NCBI GenBank assembly: GCA_024398785.1
Contig: JAKSIO010000004.1
Span: forward strand, 8,331 to 72,330
Direction: 5' to 3'
Length of the DNA stretch: 64,000 bases
From: Bacteroidaceae bacterium
GTDB lineage: Bacteria > Bacteroidota > Bacteroidia > Bacteroidales > Bacteroidaceae
The notes beneath the pieces are model-generated. The model saw nothing but the letters and a program-made list of their open reading frames with translations, was not told the DNA's origin and did no database searches. A program made the translations under genes and the position numbers. The stretch's first letter is position 1. Each line of letters begins with the position of its first letter. Below are positions 18,254 to 27,732 of this stretch, in pieces.

Positions 18254-20569
18254 TCAGGCAAGGGCGTGAACTGCGGCCAATGCGTCTTTGGCGTAATATG
18301 TGGCTCCTATGTTCAAAGCAATTTCTTCTGTAAGGACGGCACCACCTGCAATAATTGGGCATGTTATGCCGTTACTGCGAAGGAATGCTATTGTCTCTTT
18401 CATTGAATCTACGGTAGTGGTCATAAGTGCGCTCAGTCCTACAGCGTAGGGCTTTGATTCAAGACAACATTTCAGAATTTCTTCTTTTGAAATATCTTTG
18501 CCAAGGTCAGTAACGGCAAAGCCATGGCTCTGTAGAACCACTTTGACAATGTTCTTGCCAATATCGTGGACATCACCCTTTACTGTAGCCAATACTACGT
18601 TTCTTATGTTTTGCGCTGTTTGTGCGGTATTGTCCGCAGCGAACTTTTCTGAAAGAATTCCAAATGCGGTCTTTGCTGCTTGAGCCGAGCGGATTAGCTG
18701 CGGCAGGAACATTTTTCCTTTTTCAAACTGCTCTCCGACCATAGTAAGTGCAGGTATCAGAATGTTATTGATAATCTGCATGCGGTCTTTGCTCTCAAGT
18801 TCGGTCTCTATATATGAACTTATGCCATCCTGCAGTCCGTGAATTATGGCGTATGTAAGGTCATGTACCTGGGTGTCTTCCTCCTGATCTCCGTTGAATG
18901 CAATGTATTCCGTGCAGTCTTTGTCAAGACCGGCTAAAGCCATGTAAGCTTTTGCAGTGGCCATTGTTTCTTTATCCAGAGGATTCATGATTGGCATATC
19001 AAGACCTGCCTGAAAGGCAAGAGCAAGGAATGTGCGGTTCAGGATTGGGCGCTGGGGCAGACCAAAGGATACGTTTGAAAGTCCTATCGTTGTAAGAACT
19101 CCTTTCTTTTTGAGTCCTGCAAGGGTTTCAAGTGTAATTACGCCATGACTGGTGTCTGATGATATGGTCATGACCAGGGCATCGCATACAAGTTGTGACG
19201 GTGCAATGTCAAATCTGGCGGCACGTTCTATTATGTGATCCGCAATTTCCAAACGTCCCTGGCTGGTCTCCGGTACACCTTGGTCGTTCAGCGTGAGCGT
19301 TACTGCAGGAGTTCCGAATTTCTGCATTACCGGCAACAGTCTGTCAAGTACGGCATCGGCTCCGTTTATGGAGTTTATCATTGGAACGCCGTTGTAAACG
19401 CGTATTCCTTTTTCAAGTGCGTCTGCGTTTGAACTGTCAAGCTGCAGTGGCAACTGGCATACTTTCTGAACCTCTTTAACCGCACTGCAAAGCAATTCGG
19501 ATTCGTTGCAATCAGGAATACCTACGTTCAAATCAAGGTAATCCGCTCCGGCTTCGGTTTGAGACAGGGCTTCAGACTGCAGATATGACCAGTCCTGTGA
19601 CTGCAGTGCAGCGCGCAGTTTCTTTTTACCTGTAGGGTTTAGACGTTCTCCACAAACTATACCTTTGCCTAATTTTACCAGTTTGGTGGACGAACATATA
19701 TATGTGCCGTTTATCGGCTCGGGATCTGCGGCATTATACTGTTTGAGATTCTGCATGGCCGCAATTGTGGATGGAGTTGTACCGCAGCAGCCACCAATTA
19801 TTGATGCCCCTGCCTGAACAAGTTTTTCTGCATTTTCCGCAAACAACAGGTCAGAATAGGGGTATTCCACCTTTCCGTTTTTCATTACCGGCAGACCCTT
19901 GTTGGGCTGCACCAGAACGGGAACCTTTGCAAAGGGACGCATGCGGCGGATTATGTTCTCAAAGTTCTCAGGACCGCTTGAGCAGTTGGCTCCAAGTGCG
20001 TCAACTCCTAAAGAAGAGAGTGTGACCGCTACAATTTCGGGACTTGAGCCGGTCAGTGTAAGATGGTCCGCATTGAATGTCATTGTGGCGAACACAGTCT
20101 TTGAACAGTGTTCTTTTGCAGCAAGCACTGCTGCCTTTATTTCATATAGGTCAGAGAATGTTTCAAGAATATAACCGTCAACTTTGTCTGCCGTATAGTC
20201 AACCAGTTCCGAATAATTGGCGTAGGCCTGCTCAAACGTATATTGTCCTATAGGTTCCATGAGCTTGCCGGTAGAGGTTATGTCAAACATAACTTTTACC
20301 GATGTCCCCTGTACTGCGCAGCGGGCATTGCTTATGGCGGCATCGGCTGCCTGCTGCCAGGTAACCTGCTGATTGTCCCACTTTGCCGGGTTTATACTGA
20401 AACTGTTTACGGTGATGTACTGCGCACCGGCTTGAACGTATGCCTTGTGCAGGTCAATAACGGCTTGCGGATTGCTGATATTAAGATCTTCAACCAAACC
20501 TGCATTGCTCAGCAGCGGAGTAAGGTTTGTTCCTATTGCTCCGTCAAATAGTTGTATTTTTTTACTCAT
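18254..20569 (-). CDS. metH: cobalamin-dependent methionine synthase, short form (Hcy-MT + pterin-binding + B12-binding domains, no reactivation domain)
   Basis: Zn ligands GANCSSGP and GGCCGTTP mark the homocysteine S-methyltransferase domain, followed by a pterin-binding barrel. GDVHDIGKNIV (DxHxxG), SALMTTT and GGA are B12-binding motifs. The ORF ends right after the B12 domain at 771 aa. Confidence 0.85.
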   Translation of the reverse strand: MSKKIQLFDGAIGTNLTPLLSNAGLVEDLNISNPQAVIDLHKAYVQAGAQYITVNSFSINPAKWDNQQVTWQQAADAAISNARCAVQGTSVKVMFDITSTGKLMEPIGQYTFEQAYANYSELVDYTADKVDGYILETFSDLYEIKAAVLAAKEHCSKTVFATMTFNADHLTLTGSSPEIVAVTLSSLGVDALGANCSSGPENFENIIRRMRPFAKVPVLVQPNKGLPVMKNGKVEYPYSDLLFAENAEKLVQAGASIIGGCCGTTPSTIAAMQNLKQYNAADPEPINGTYICSSTKLVKLGKGIVCGERLNPTGKKKLRAALQSQDWSYLQSEALSQTEAGADYLDLNVGIPDCNESELLCSAVKEVQKVCQLPLQLDSSNADALEKGIRVYNGVPMINSINGADAVLDRLLPVMQKFGTPAVTLTLNDQGVPETSQGRLEIADHIIERAARFDIAPSQLVCDALVMTISSDTSHGVITLETLAGLKKKGVLTTIGLSNVSFGLPQRPILNRTFLALAFQAGLDMPIMNPLDKETMATAKAYMALAGLDKDCTEYIAFNGDQEEDTQVHDLTYAIIHGLQDGISSYIETELESKDRMQIINNILIPALTMVGEQFEKGKMFLPQLIRSAQAAKTAFGILSEKFAADNTAQTAQNIRNVVLATVKGDVHDIGKNIVKVVLQSHGFAVTDLGKDISKEEILKCCLESKPYAVGLSALMTTTVDSMKETIAFLRSNGITCPIIAGGAVLTEEIALNIGATYYAKDALAAVHALA

Positions 20570-20572
20570 TGC

Positions 20573-21469
20573 TTATTTCTGTACTGGTGCAAAGAAACGT
20601 GATGCCACGTAACCGATATTCTGCATAAGCTGTGTAATGAACGTACTTTTGTTCATGGAATACAAGTGAATGCCGTCAACATCGTGGGCCATCAGGTCAA
20701 GAATCTGATAGCTTGTAAAAATGATACCTATTTCCTGCAGTGCGGCTTTGTCGTTTTTGTACAGGTCAAAATAGTTGCGCAGTTGCAGTGGAACAGCGCA
20801 GTGAGTAACCTGAATCATGCGGTCAAGCTGATTGTAGTTGGTTACAGGCATTATTCCAGGTATGATAGGTATTGTAATTCCGGCCTTGCGTGCGGCAAGA
20901 AGGAACTGGTAGAAAACCTGATTGTCAAAAAACAGCTGGGTAGTGAAGAACTCCATTCCTGCATCCTGTTTTTTCTTCAGGTTTTCAATATCCTGACGCA
21001 TTGATTCGGCTTGTGGGTGCATTTCAGGGTAGCAGGCACCGGCTGTCATAAAACAACCCGGCCTGGATGTGTGTATATATTGCGACAGATCTGACGCATG
21101 CGTGAAATCCGAGAAGAGCGGAGTAGTGATATTCTGCGGAATGTCACCGCGTAAGGTCAGTATGTTCTCAATCCCGTTTTGCTGCAGGTTGTCAAGAACC
21201 ATGTCAATATCATGCTTTGTAGAAGATACGCATGTCAGGTGAGCCAACGGCTGCGCCTTGGTGTTATCTTTTATATGCTTTGCAATACCTACAGTATTGC
21301 TTAACGTATTGCCCAAAGCACCATATGTGACACTGATAAAGTCCGGAGACAAGGCATCCATTTTTGATATGGTGTCAGTAACCAGAGCTAATGTCTCATC
21401 TTCTCTTTTTGGCGGAAATATCTCAAAAGAAAGTGTCTTTTTTGTCTTGAACAGTTCCGAAATTTTCAT
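20573..21469 (-). CDS. metF: methylenetetrahydrofolate reductase
   Basis: LSFEIFPPK.., ISVTYGA.G, LAHLTC and the ~298 aa length fit. The start is set at ATG 21467-21469, because the longer ORF-track start (21613) lies upstream of the mapped promoter. Confidence 0.85.
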   Translation of the reverse strand: MKISELFKTKKTLSFEIFPPKREDETLALVTDTISKMDALSPDFISVTYGALGNTLSNTVGIAKHIKDNTKAQPLAHLTCVSSTKHDIDMVLDNLQQNGIENILTLRGDIPQNITTPLFSDFTHASDLSQYIHTSRPGCFMTAGACYPEMHPQAESMRQDIENLKKKQDAGMEFFTTQLFFDNQVFYQFLLAARKAGITIPIIPGIMPVTNYNQLDRMIQVTHCAVPLQLRNYFDLYKNDKAALQEIGIIFTSYQILDLMAHDVDGIHLYSMNKSTFITQLMQNIGYVASRFFAPVQK

Positions 21470-21501
21470 ACAATATATGCTCGTCTTAATATATAATGTG
21501 G

Positions 21502-21533
21502 CAAAGTTACTTATTATTCTTCTTATTGGCAAA
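21502..21533 (-). promoter_or_regulatory. metF-metH promoter (-33 TTTG / -7 TAACTTTG)
   Basis: On the minus strand: TTTG (21530-21533), 20-nt spacer, TAACTTTG (21502-21509). It lies about 33 nt upstream of the metF ATG. Confidence 0.6.
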
Positions 21534-22015
21534 AATGGTATGTGTTTGTAATGTTTGCCATTTGTTAAAAAACAGTAATTGTATTTGTTAACGATATTGT
21601 TGTATTTAACCAAAATACCGGAAAAACTGACCTTGCAATATGCTGGAAGTGATATTGCTGCCGATAGGCCTCAAATGTACCAAATAATGTTTTTTTGAAT
21701 AAAAGTGAAAAAAATGTTCGTAAAAATAAAAATTGTAACATAAAAAGTGTTATCTTAACATCTTGAAAGTTTGAGTTCAAGTGGAAAAGTGTTGATTTTG
21801 ACAGGATTTGTTTTGTAAACGTCTTGTTATCAGTATTTTGCGCTTGGGATTGAGGCAGTTTGTTTCTGCAGTTGGCATTTCCCCCGCTATTATGGAATGC
21901 AGCTATGCAGGACAGCCACTCCAAACGAAAGACGTTTTTATCCTTTGGGGATAATTGTGTCTGGTGTGTTTTGCTCATACTTGTTGTTTTGATAATATTA
22001 AAATACTAAAATTAT

Positions 22016-24085
22016 ATGAATGTTAACAAGAAAAATCAGAAAGGACTGAAAGGTATTCTCAGTGCCGCTGTGATTTGCGGTGCACTTTCTCTGTTTCAGG
22101 TAAGTTGTCTCAGTGAGTATGCTCCGGGACAGTACTACACTTTTTCCGGTGAAACAGTTGCCACTTTCCTAGAGAACAACTCAGAGGATTTCAGTAACTT
22201 TATTTATGTGCTTAAGAATGCTGAACATCCGTTGTGGGGTGAAATGCAGACCTATGGTACTTACACATGTTTTGCTCCGGTCAACTCAGGTTGGGACAGT
22301 ATTTTCAAACAGTATAAGGTATCAAGCGTAGATCAGCTTACTCCAATACAGTGTGACTCAATAGCAATGACACACATTGTTGACAAGTTGTGCTACACAT
22401 CGGAACTTAATTCAGGTGATGCATTGCCTTACAGCAACAAGTTGGATCAGTCTCTGCTCTATTCATGTGTTATGGATACACTTTATCCAGGTACAGATTC
22501 TGCACGTGTAAAGCCTTTCTACCAGATTAATAACATGTCCGGTCTGATTGCTCTTGATGATACTGTTCAGAATGGTGTTGTTCATGTTGTAAACAAGGTA
22601 ATTCTCCCAAGTAACGAGTTCCTTCCGATTGCAATGAAGAGCGATTCCACCATCAGAATCTTCCTTAGTGCTCTTGAAATGACAAAGTTGAATCAGGATC
22701 TGCTTAAGTTCCAGGATGACTCTTACCAGTGGACTGCTTCTGCAAGATTGGATTCTTGTATAAAGGGTGTCACTTACTCAACCGGTTCAGAGACGGAAAC
22801 AGCTTACTGGCCTGAGAAACGTTTGTTCAAGTTTACTGTTTTCGCAGAAAAAGACGCAGTCTTCCAGAAGAATAATATCAACAGTGTTGAAGACCTGATT
22901 GAGTATGCCAAGGGTGTATACGGAAGCGGTGAAGGTGTGGCAGATGATGACTATTCAAATCCTCAGCATCCTCTTTATAAGTTTGTTGCATACCATATTC
23001 TTCCTGAGCAAATGGCTTACAATGAATTTAATGTTTCACAGGAGGATATTGTGGCCAACTTTGTTGCAAGAGATTATCTTGACATTGAAGATTTCTTTGA
23101 GACATTGTTGCCTCACTCAATTCTCCGCATCAGCTCTCCTAAAGATCCTGATGCCGATTCAACAATGGGCGTGTTTATCAACCGTAAGGGTGTTCTTCCT
23201 AACCTTGAGTTCAGGGGCATAGAAATAGAACGCGGAACAGCTCATACTTCAAAGAACGGTATCTACCATTACATTGATGATATTCTAAAATATGATGATG
23301 AGACGCGCAATGAGGTTCTTAATTGCCGTATCAGAATTGATGCTATGACTTTGTCTCCTGATTTTATTAATTGCAAGAATGCTAACGGAGGTCGTGGAGT
23401 ATTGCATCAGGATGGTACAAGAACTTCAATGGGTATGCGCAGGGGCTATATTACAAACTTTGTTACCGGTCAGAGTACGGCCGTATATGTGCGCAAGAGA
23501 GATAAATATTTCTCTAGTTATCAAGGTGATGACCTTTCAATGAAGGGAATTTATGATCTTACATTCAAACTGCCACCTGTACCAAAGAGTGGTACTTATG
23601 AGGTTCGTTTGGGTTTCTTTGCAATGAAATCACGTGGTGTTATCCAGTTGTTCTTTGGTGAAGCAGTTCCTGGTCAGGAAATTGATCCGAACGATCTTAA
23701 TCCTGTAGGTATTCCTCTTGATATGAGAATTATTCCTACAGATCCTAAGATTGGCCATATAAAAGATAGCGAATTGAACGATGATCCTGAGCAGATCAGT
23801 GCTTATGACAAGGCTATGCGTAGTCGTGGATATATGAAAGGTATTGCTTGCTATGCCAGCAGTGGTACTACATTGCGTGACCAGAATGAGGTTCAGCAGG
23901 GGGACGGTTCATTAAGTGGTGAGATTCGTCGTATTCTTGTTACCCAGTATTTGAACTGCAACCAGGACTATTATATCCGTGCACGTCAGATTCTTGATAA
24001 TCCGAATGCTGAGTTCCAGTTTGACTATATGGAACTTGTTCCTAAGAATATTTATGCAGGCGCAATTCCTGAGGATATTTATTAA
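22016..24085 (+). CDS. fasciclin (FAS1) domain-containing lipoprotein
   Basis: Lipobox (FQVS-C). YTCFAPVNSGW..., ...MTHIV... and VQNGVVHVVNKVILP are FAS1 H1/H2-like boxes, followed by a long C-terminal beta-rich region. Confidence 0.6.
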   Translation: MNVNKKNQKGLKGILSAAVICGALSLFQVSCLSEYAPGQYYTFSGETVATFLENNSEDFSNFIYVLKNAEHPLWGEMQTYGTYTCFAPVNSGWDSIFKQYKVSSVDQLTPIQCDSIAMTHIVDKLCYTSELNSGDALPYSNKLDQSLLYSCVMDTLYPGTDSARVKPFYQINNMSGLIALDDTVQNGVVHVVNKVILPSNEFLPIAMKSDSTIRIFLSALEMTKLNQDLLKFQDDSYQWTASARLDSCIKGVTYSTGSETETAYWPEKRLFKFTVFAEKDAVFQKNNINSVEDLIEYAKGVYGSGEGVADDDYSNPQHPLYKFVAYHILPEQMAYNEFNVSQEDIVANFVARDYLDIEDFFETLLPHSILRISSPKDPDADSTMGVFINRKGVLPNLEFRGIEIERGTAHTSKNGIYHYIDDILKYDDETRNEVLNCRIRIDAMTLSPDFINCKNANGGRGVLHQDGTRTSMGMRRGYITNFVTGQSTAVYVRKRDKYFSSYQGDDLSMKGIYDLTFKLPPVPKSGTYEVRLGFFAMKSRGVIQLFFGEAVPGQEIDPNDLNPVGIPLDMRIIPTDPKIGHIKDSELNDDPEQISAYDKAMRSRGYMKGIACYASSGTTLRDQNEVQQGDGSLSGEIRRILVTQYLNCNQDYYIRARQILDNPNAEFQFDYMELVPKNIYAGAIPEDIY

Positions 24086-24114
24086 TTTTGATCTGATATA
24101 TTGTTAATCAAACG

Positions 24115-24147
24115 GAGGGTCACCTGGCGTGACCCTCTGTTTTTTTT
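24115..24147 (+). terminator. intrinsic terminator after the fasciclin gene
   Basis: 9-bp GC-rich stem gagggtcac (24115-24123) / gtgaccctc (24129-24137), then tg plus T8 (24140-24147). Confidence 0.85.
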
Positions 24148-24171
24148 GATATTTATTACTAATTTTGCAGC

Positions 24172-25149
24172 ATGAATATTGGCAGTATAGAATTAGGGAA
24201 CAGACCGGTGTTTCTTGCGCCTATGGAAGACGTTACAGACATTGCTTTCCGTTTGTTGTGCAAGTCTTTCGGTGCGGACATGGTATATTCTGAGTTTGTA
24301 AGTGCTGATGCCTTGATAAGGTATGTGAATAAAAGCATGAACAAACTGACTCTATGTGAGCAGGAGCGTCCGGTTGCCATTCAGATATACGGCCGCGATG
24401 TTGATTCCATGGTGAATGCTGCTAAGATTGTTCAAGAGGCAAAACCAGATGTTCTTGACTTAAACTTTGGCTGTCCCGTCAAAAAGGTGGCAGGAAAAGG
24501 CGGAGGTGCCGGACTGTTGCAGAACATCCCTCTTATGCTTGAAATTACCAGGGCAGTTGTAAAAGCCGTTGACATACCTGTTACAGTCAAGACGCGTCTG
24601 GGCTGGAACGATGAATCCAAAATAATAGTTGAACTTGCAGAACAACTGCAGGATTGCGGTATTGCGGCTCTTACTGTTCATGGACGTACACGTGCCCAGA
24701 TGTACACCGGAGAGGCCGATTGGACTTTGATAGGAAAGGTAAAGGAGAATCCTCGCATGCGTATCCCAATAATAGGTAATGGTGATATAACTACACCTGA
24801 ACGTGCAAAGGAGTGTTTTGACCGATATGGTGTTGATGCCATTATGATAGGGCGTGCAAGTTTTGGCCGTCCGTGGATATTCAAAGAGGTGAAACACTAT
24901 ATTGAAACAGGAGAACTTTTGGACGGCATTACTCCGCAATGGCAGATAGATGTGCTTAAAAAACAGGCTGAACAGAGTATAGAGCGTTTGGGAGAACACG
25001 GTGGTATTCTGCATATACGCCGTCATCTGGCTGCCAGTCCTGTTTTTAAGGGTATCCCCGATTTTCGCCGCACCCGTATTGAGATGCTGCGTGCTGAGCA
25101 TAAAGATGAACTTTTTGAGATATTGGATAAAATAGGTGCAATGTTATAA
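24172..25149 (+). CDS. dusB: tRNA-dihydrouridine synthase
   Basis: LAPMEDVTD..FR, D.NFGCP..KV and VTVKTRLGW are Dus-family FMN/active-site motifs. Confidence 0.9.
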   Translation: MNIGSIELGNRPVFLAPMEDVTDIAFRLLCKSFGADMVYSEFVSADALIRYVNKSMNKLTLCEQERPVAIQIYGRDVDSMVNAAKIVQEAKPDVLDLNFGCPVKKVAGKGGGAGLLQNIPLMLEITRAVVKAVDIPVTVKTRLGWNDESKIIVELAEQLQDCGIAALTVHGRTRAQMYTGEADWTLIGKVKENPRMRIPIIGNGDITTPERAKECFDRYGVDAIMIGRASFGRPWIFKEVKHYIETGELLDGITPQWQIDVLKKQAEQSIERLGEHGGILHIRRHLAASPVFKGIPDFRRTRIEMLRAEHKDELFEILDKIGAML

Positions 25150-25159
25150 GTATTGAATA

Positions 25160-26398
25160 ATGCAAAGGTCCGATTTTGAAATAATGGCTCCTGTAGGAAG
25201 TTGGGAGTCTTTGGCGGCTGCTTTTAATGCAGGTGCCAATTCAATATATTTTGGAGTAGAGCAGTTGAATATGCGTTCACGCTCGGCAAACCATTTTACA
25301 TTGGACGATTTGCGCAATATAGCAACTCAGTGCAATGAACATGGTGTAAAGAGTTATCTTACCCTGAATACAGTTATGTATGGAGAAGATATTCCTTTGA
25401 TTCATGAAATAGTTGATGCGGCCCTTAATGCCGGTATCTCTGCAATCATTGCCTGCGACATTGCTGTTATGACATACTGCAACAAGGTGGGAATGGAGGT
25501 CCACCTGAGCACCCAGCTTAACATCAGTAATATTGAAGCTCTTAAGTTCTATGCTCAGTTTGCCGATGTTGTTGTACTTGCGCGTGAACTCAATCTTAAT
25601 CAGGTAAGTGAAATATACAGGCAGATTATTGAACAGAATATTTGCGGTCCAAAGGGAAATCTTATAAGAATTGAGATGTTCTGTCATGGCGCTTTGTGCA
25701 TGGCTATAAGCGGCAAATGCTACTTGAGCCTTAACCAACTTGGTGCAAGTGCCAATCGTGGAGCTTGCATGCAGGTGTGCAGGCGCGGGTATATTGTTCA
25801 TGACAAAGAGAGTGATATAGAACTTGAAGTGGATAACCAGTATATTATGTCTCCAAAGGACCTTAAGACTATACGTTTTATGGACCGTATGATTGAGGCC
25901 GGTGTACGTGTTTTCAAGATTGAAGGCCGTGCCCGCAGTGCCGAGTATGTTAAAACCGTTGTTGAGTGTTATAATCAGGCCATTCTCTGTTATCTTGACG
26001 GAACAATTTCCGACGAAAAGAAAGACTATTGGGATGAACGTCTTGCCACTGTCTTCAATCGTGGCTTCTGGGATGGTTACTACCTTGGACAACGTCTTGG
26101 AGAGTGGAATAAAAAATACGGGTCATCTGCAACTGAGGTCAAGGTGTATGCAGGTCGTTGTACCGATTACTTTTCCAATCTTGGTGTGGGTGAATTTCTT
26201 ATTGAGGCTGCTGAGATTGAGCAGGGAGACAAACTGCTTGTTATGGGCCCCACAACCGGTGCCGAGTTCTTTTCTTTGGACGATGCCCGTGTTGACCTGA
26301 AAACAGTACAGAGAGTTCCGAAAGGTGTCAAAGTCTCTTTCAAAACTCCCTGTAAGGTCCGTCGTTCGGACAAGCTCTATAAAATAGTCAAGTCCTGA
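25160..26398 (+). CDS. peptidase U32 family protein (YegQ/TrhP-like)
   Basis: EIMAPVGSWESLAAAFNAGANSIYFG at the N-terminus and the Cys-rich central block (CHGALCMAISGKCYLS...C..C.R) are typical of U32. Confidence 0.85.
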   Translation: MQRSDFEIMAPVGSWESLAAAFNAGANSIYFGVEQLNMRSRSANHFTLDDLRNIATQCNEHGVKSYLTLNTVMYGEDIPLIHEIVDAALNAGISAIIACDIAVMTYCNKVGMEVHLSTQLNISNIEALKFYAQFADVVVLARELNLNQVSEIYRQIIEQNICGPKGNLIRIEMFCHGALCMAISGKCYLSLNQLGASANRGACMQVCRRGYIVHDKESDIELEVDNQYIMSPKDLKTIRFMDRMIEAGVRVFKIEGRARSAEYVKTVVECYNQAILCYLDGTISDEKKDYWDERLATVFNRGFWDGYYLGQRLGEWNKKYGSSATEVKVYAGRCTDYFSNLGVGEFLIEAAEIEQGDKLLVMGPTTGAEFFSLDDARVDLKTVQRVPKGVKVSFKTPCKVRRSDKLYKIVKS

Positions 26399-26401
26399 GT
26401 T

Positions 26402-27730
26402 TTATTTTGAGTGATCCTGGTTGAACTGTTTGAGACGTTCTTCCAGAATTGGGAACTGGTCGTTACGGATGTTTGATGAGCATCCGCGTATACCCTGGCG
26501 TGTTGAGCCGGTAGTTGACAATACAATTCCGCTAATTCCGTAGTACAGCAGTTCATGCAGGAATTCTCCGCCTTCCATATCTTCTCCATTTGGAAGCTTG
26601 TAGCCGAATGTAAAGAAGAAACCGTCGCTTACCGGTTCATCAAGATCCTTGTCATAAGTGATGTGGAATCCGTTTTCAAGCATAAGCTTTTTGATGATAT
26701 TGGTGCGTCGTGCATATTCACGTATCTCTTCACGGAAATTGAATGCTCCATCGCTTGCAGCTTTCATCATGGCTGCCATGGCGCACTGAGCGGAGTGTGT
26801 AACACCGGAAGACATGGTGTACAGCATGTTGTATGCGTAGCATGCACCGAAACGTGATATGCTGTAGCGCTTCTGAAGAGTTTCATAACTGCGCTTGAAC
26901 AGTTTGTCAGCAATGCATGCAATAGCAATACGTTCGCCGGCATAACTGAATATCTTTGACGCGCTGAGCATCATTATATAGTTGTCTGTATAGCGCGATA
27001 CTGTTACCGGGTAAGGGGCTGCGAACGGTGTGCCAAGTCCGTCGCGGCGGAAGTCCATTGTAAGGTATGCAAGGTCTTCAATAACGATGACATCGTATTT
27101 TGTGGCAAGCTCACCTATTGTCTTGAGTTCACTGTCAGTAAGACACATCCAACTTGGATTGTTTGGGTTAGAATATATCATACAGGCAATGTTGCCCTGA
27201 GCAAAATAGCTTTCAAGTTTCGGACCCAGTTTTTCTGCGCGGTAGTCGCTCAAATCAAATGAGGCCTGTTTGGCACCTATGACCTGTGCCTGCATTTTCT
27301 GAACCGGAAATCCTGGGTCAACATACAGAATGGTATCCTTTTTGGAATCAAGCTGTGTGCAGAGCAGGAAGGATGCAAACGTACCCTGCATTGCACCGCT
27401 GGTTGGAATGCAGTTTTTTGCAGGAATATCGGTGTTGAGGAACGCCTTTACAAAACGCGATGCCTCAGTCTTCAGGTCCGTAATACCTTCTATGTTCGGA
27501 TATTTGGCAGCAACGCCTTTCTGCAAGGCTGCACATTGTGCCTCAATACCTACTTTTGCGGGAGGAATACCCGGAATACCCATTTCAAAGTGGATGAACT
27601 CTTTGCCTGTTTCCTTTTCGGCATTTGCCACTACAGCACCAACCTGACGGATTGACGCTTTGTTAAGGTCTGTTATTTCAAGTTCTGCAAGAGTCTTGTC
27701 AATTATGTTTTTGTCAATAGGTGTATTCAT
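26402..27730 (-). CDS. class I/II PLP-dependent aminotransferase
   Basis: 442 aa. SASKIFSYAGERI carries the PLP-lysine motif. YSNPNNPS block is present. It is the last gene of the iorA-iorB operon. Confidence 0.8.
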   Translation of the reverse strand: MNTPIDKNIIDKTLAELEITDLNKASIRQVGAVVANAEKETGKEFIHFEMGIPGIPPAKVGIEAQCAALQKGVAAKYPNIEGITDLKTEASRFVKAFLNTDIPAKNCIPTSGAMQGTFASFLLCTQLDSKKDTILYVDPGFPVQKMQAQVIGAKQASFDLSDYRAEKLGPKLESYFAQGNIACMIYSNPNNPSWMCLTDSELKTIGELATKYDVIVIEDLAYLTMDFRRDGLGTPFAAPYPVTVSRYTDNYIMMLSASKIFSYAGERIAIACIADKLFKRSYETLQKRYSISRFGACYAYNMLYTMSSGVTHSAQCAMAAMMKAASDGAFNFREEIREYARRTNIIKKLMLENGFHITYDKDLDEPVSDGFFFTFGYKLPNGEDMEGGEFLHELLYYGISGIVLSTTGSTRQGIRGCSSNIRNDQFPILEERLKQFNQDHSK

Positions 27731-27732
27731 AA

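Noticed and set aside
21470-21613. 48-codon N-terminal extension of metF.
   Set aside because: A consensus promoter (21502-21533) lies inside the extension. The MetF homology begins at MKISELF (ATG 21469).
21470-21700. SAM or cobalamin riboswitch upstream of metF-metH.
   Set aside because: I looked on the minus strand for SAM-I, SAM-II and B12-box core motifs and found none. The mapped promoter leaves only a ~30-nt leader, too short for a riboswitch.
21817-21937. 9-bp long-range complementarity, aaacgtctt (21817-21825) / aagacgttt (21929-21937), enclosing the GC-richer core.
   Set aside because: In a ~500-nt AT-rich region one such 9-mer pairing is about what chance predicts. The 5' arm would also lie upstream of the most plausible TSS. 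It is kept only as part of a low-interest note.
21565-21978. 137-aa minus-strand ORF in the metF/fasciclin intergenic region.
   Set aside because: It is AT-driven low-complexity sequence (F/L/K/T-rich) with no signal or motif. It runs through the metF-proximal non-coding DNA, and there is no promoter in front of it.
25277-26092. 271-aa antisense ORF within the U32 gene. Similar long antisense ORFs occur at 13069-13689, 24460-25101, 39479-40039 and 44744-45274.
   Set aside because: Each lies opposite a gene with strong family motifs. Composition is biased and no start context or motif is present, so these are shadow ORFs.
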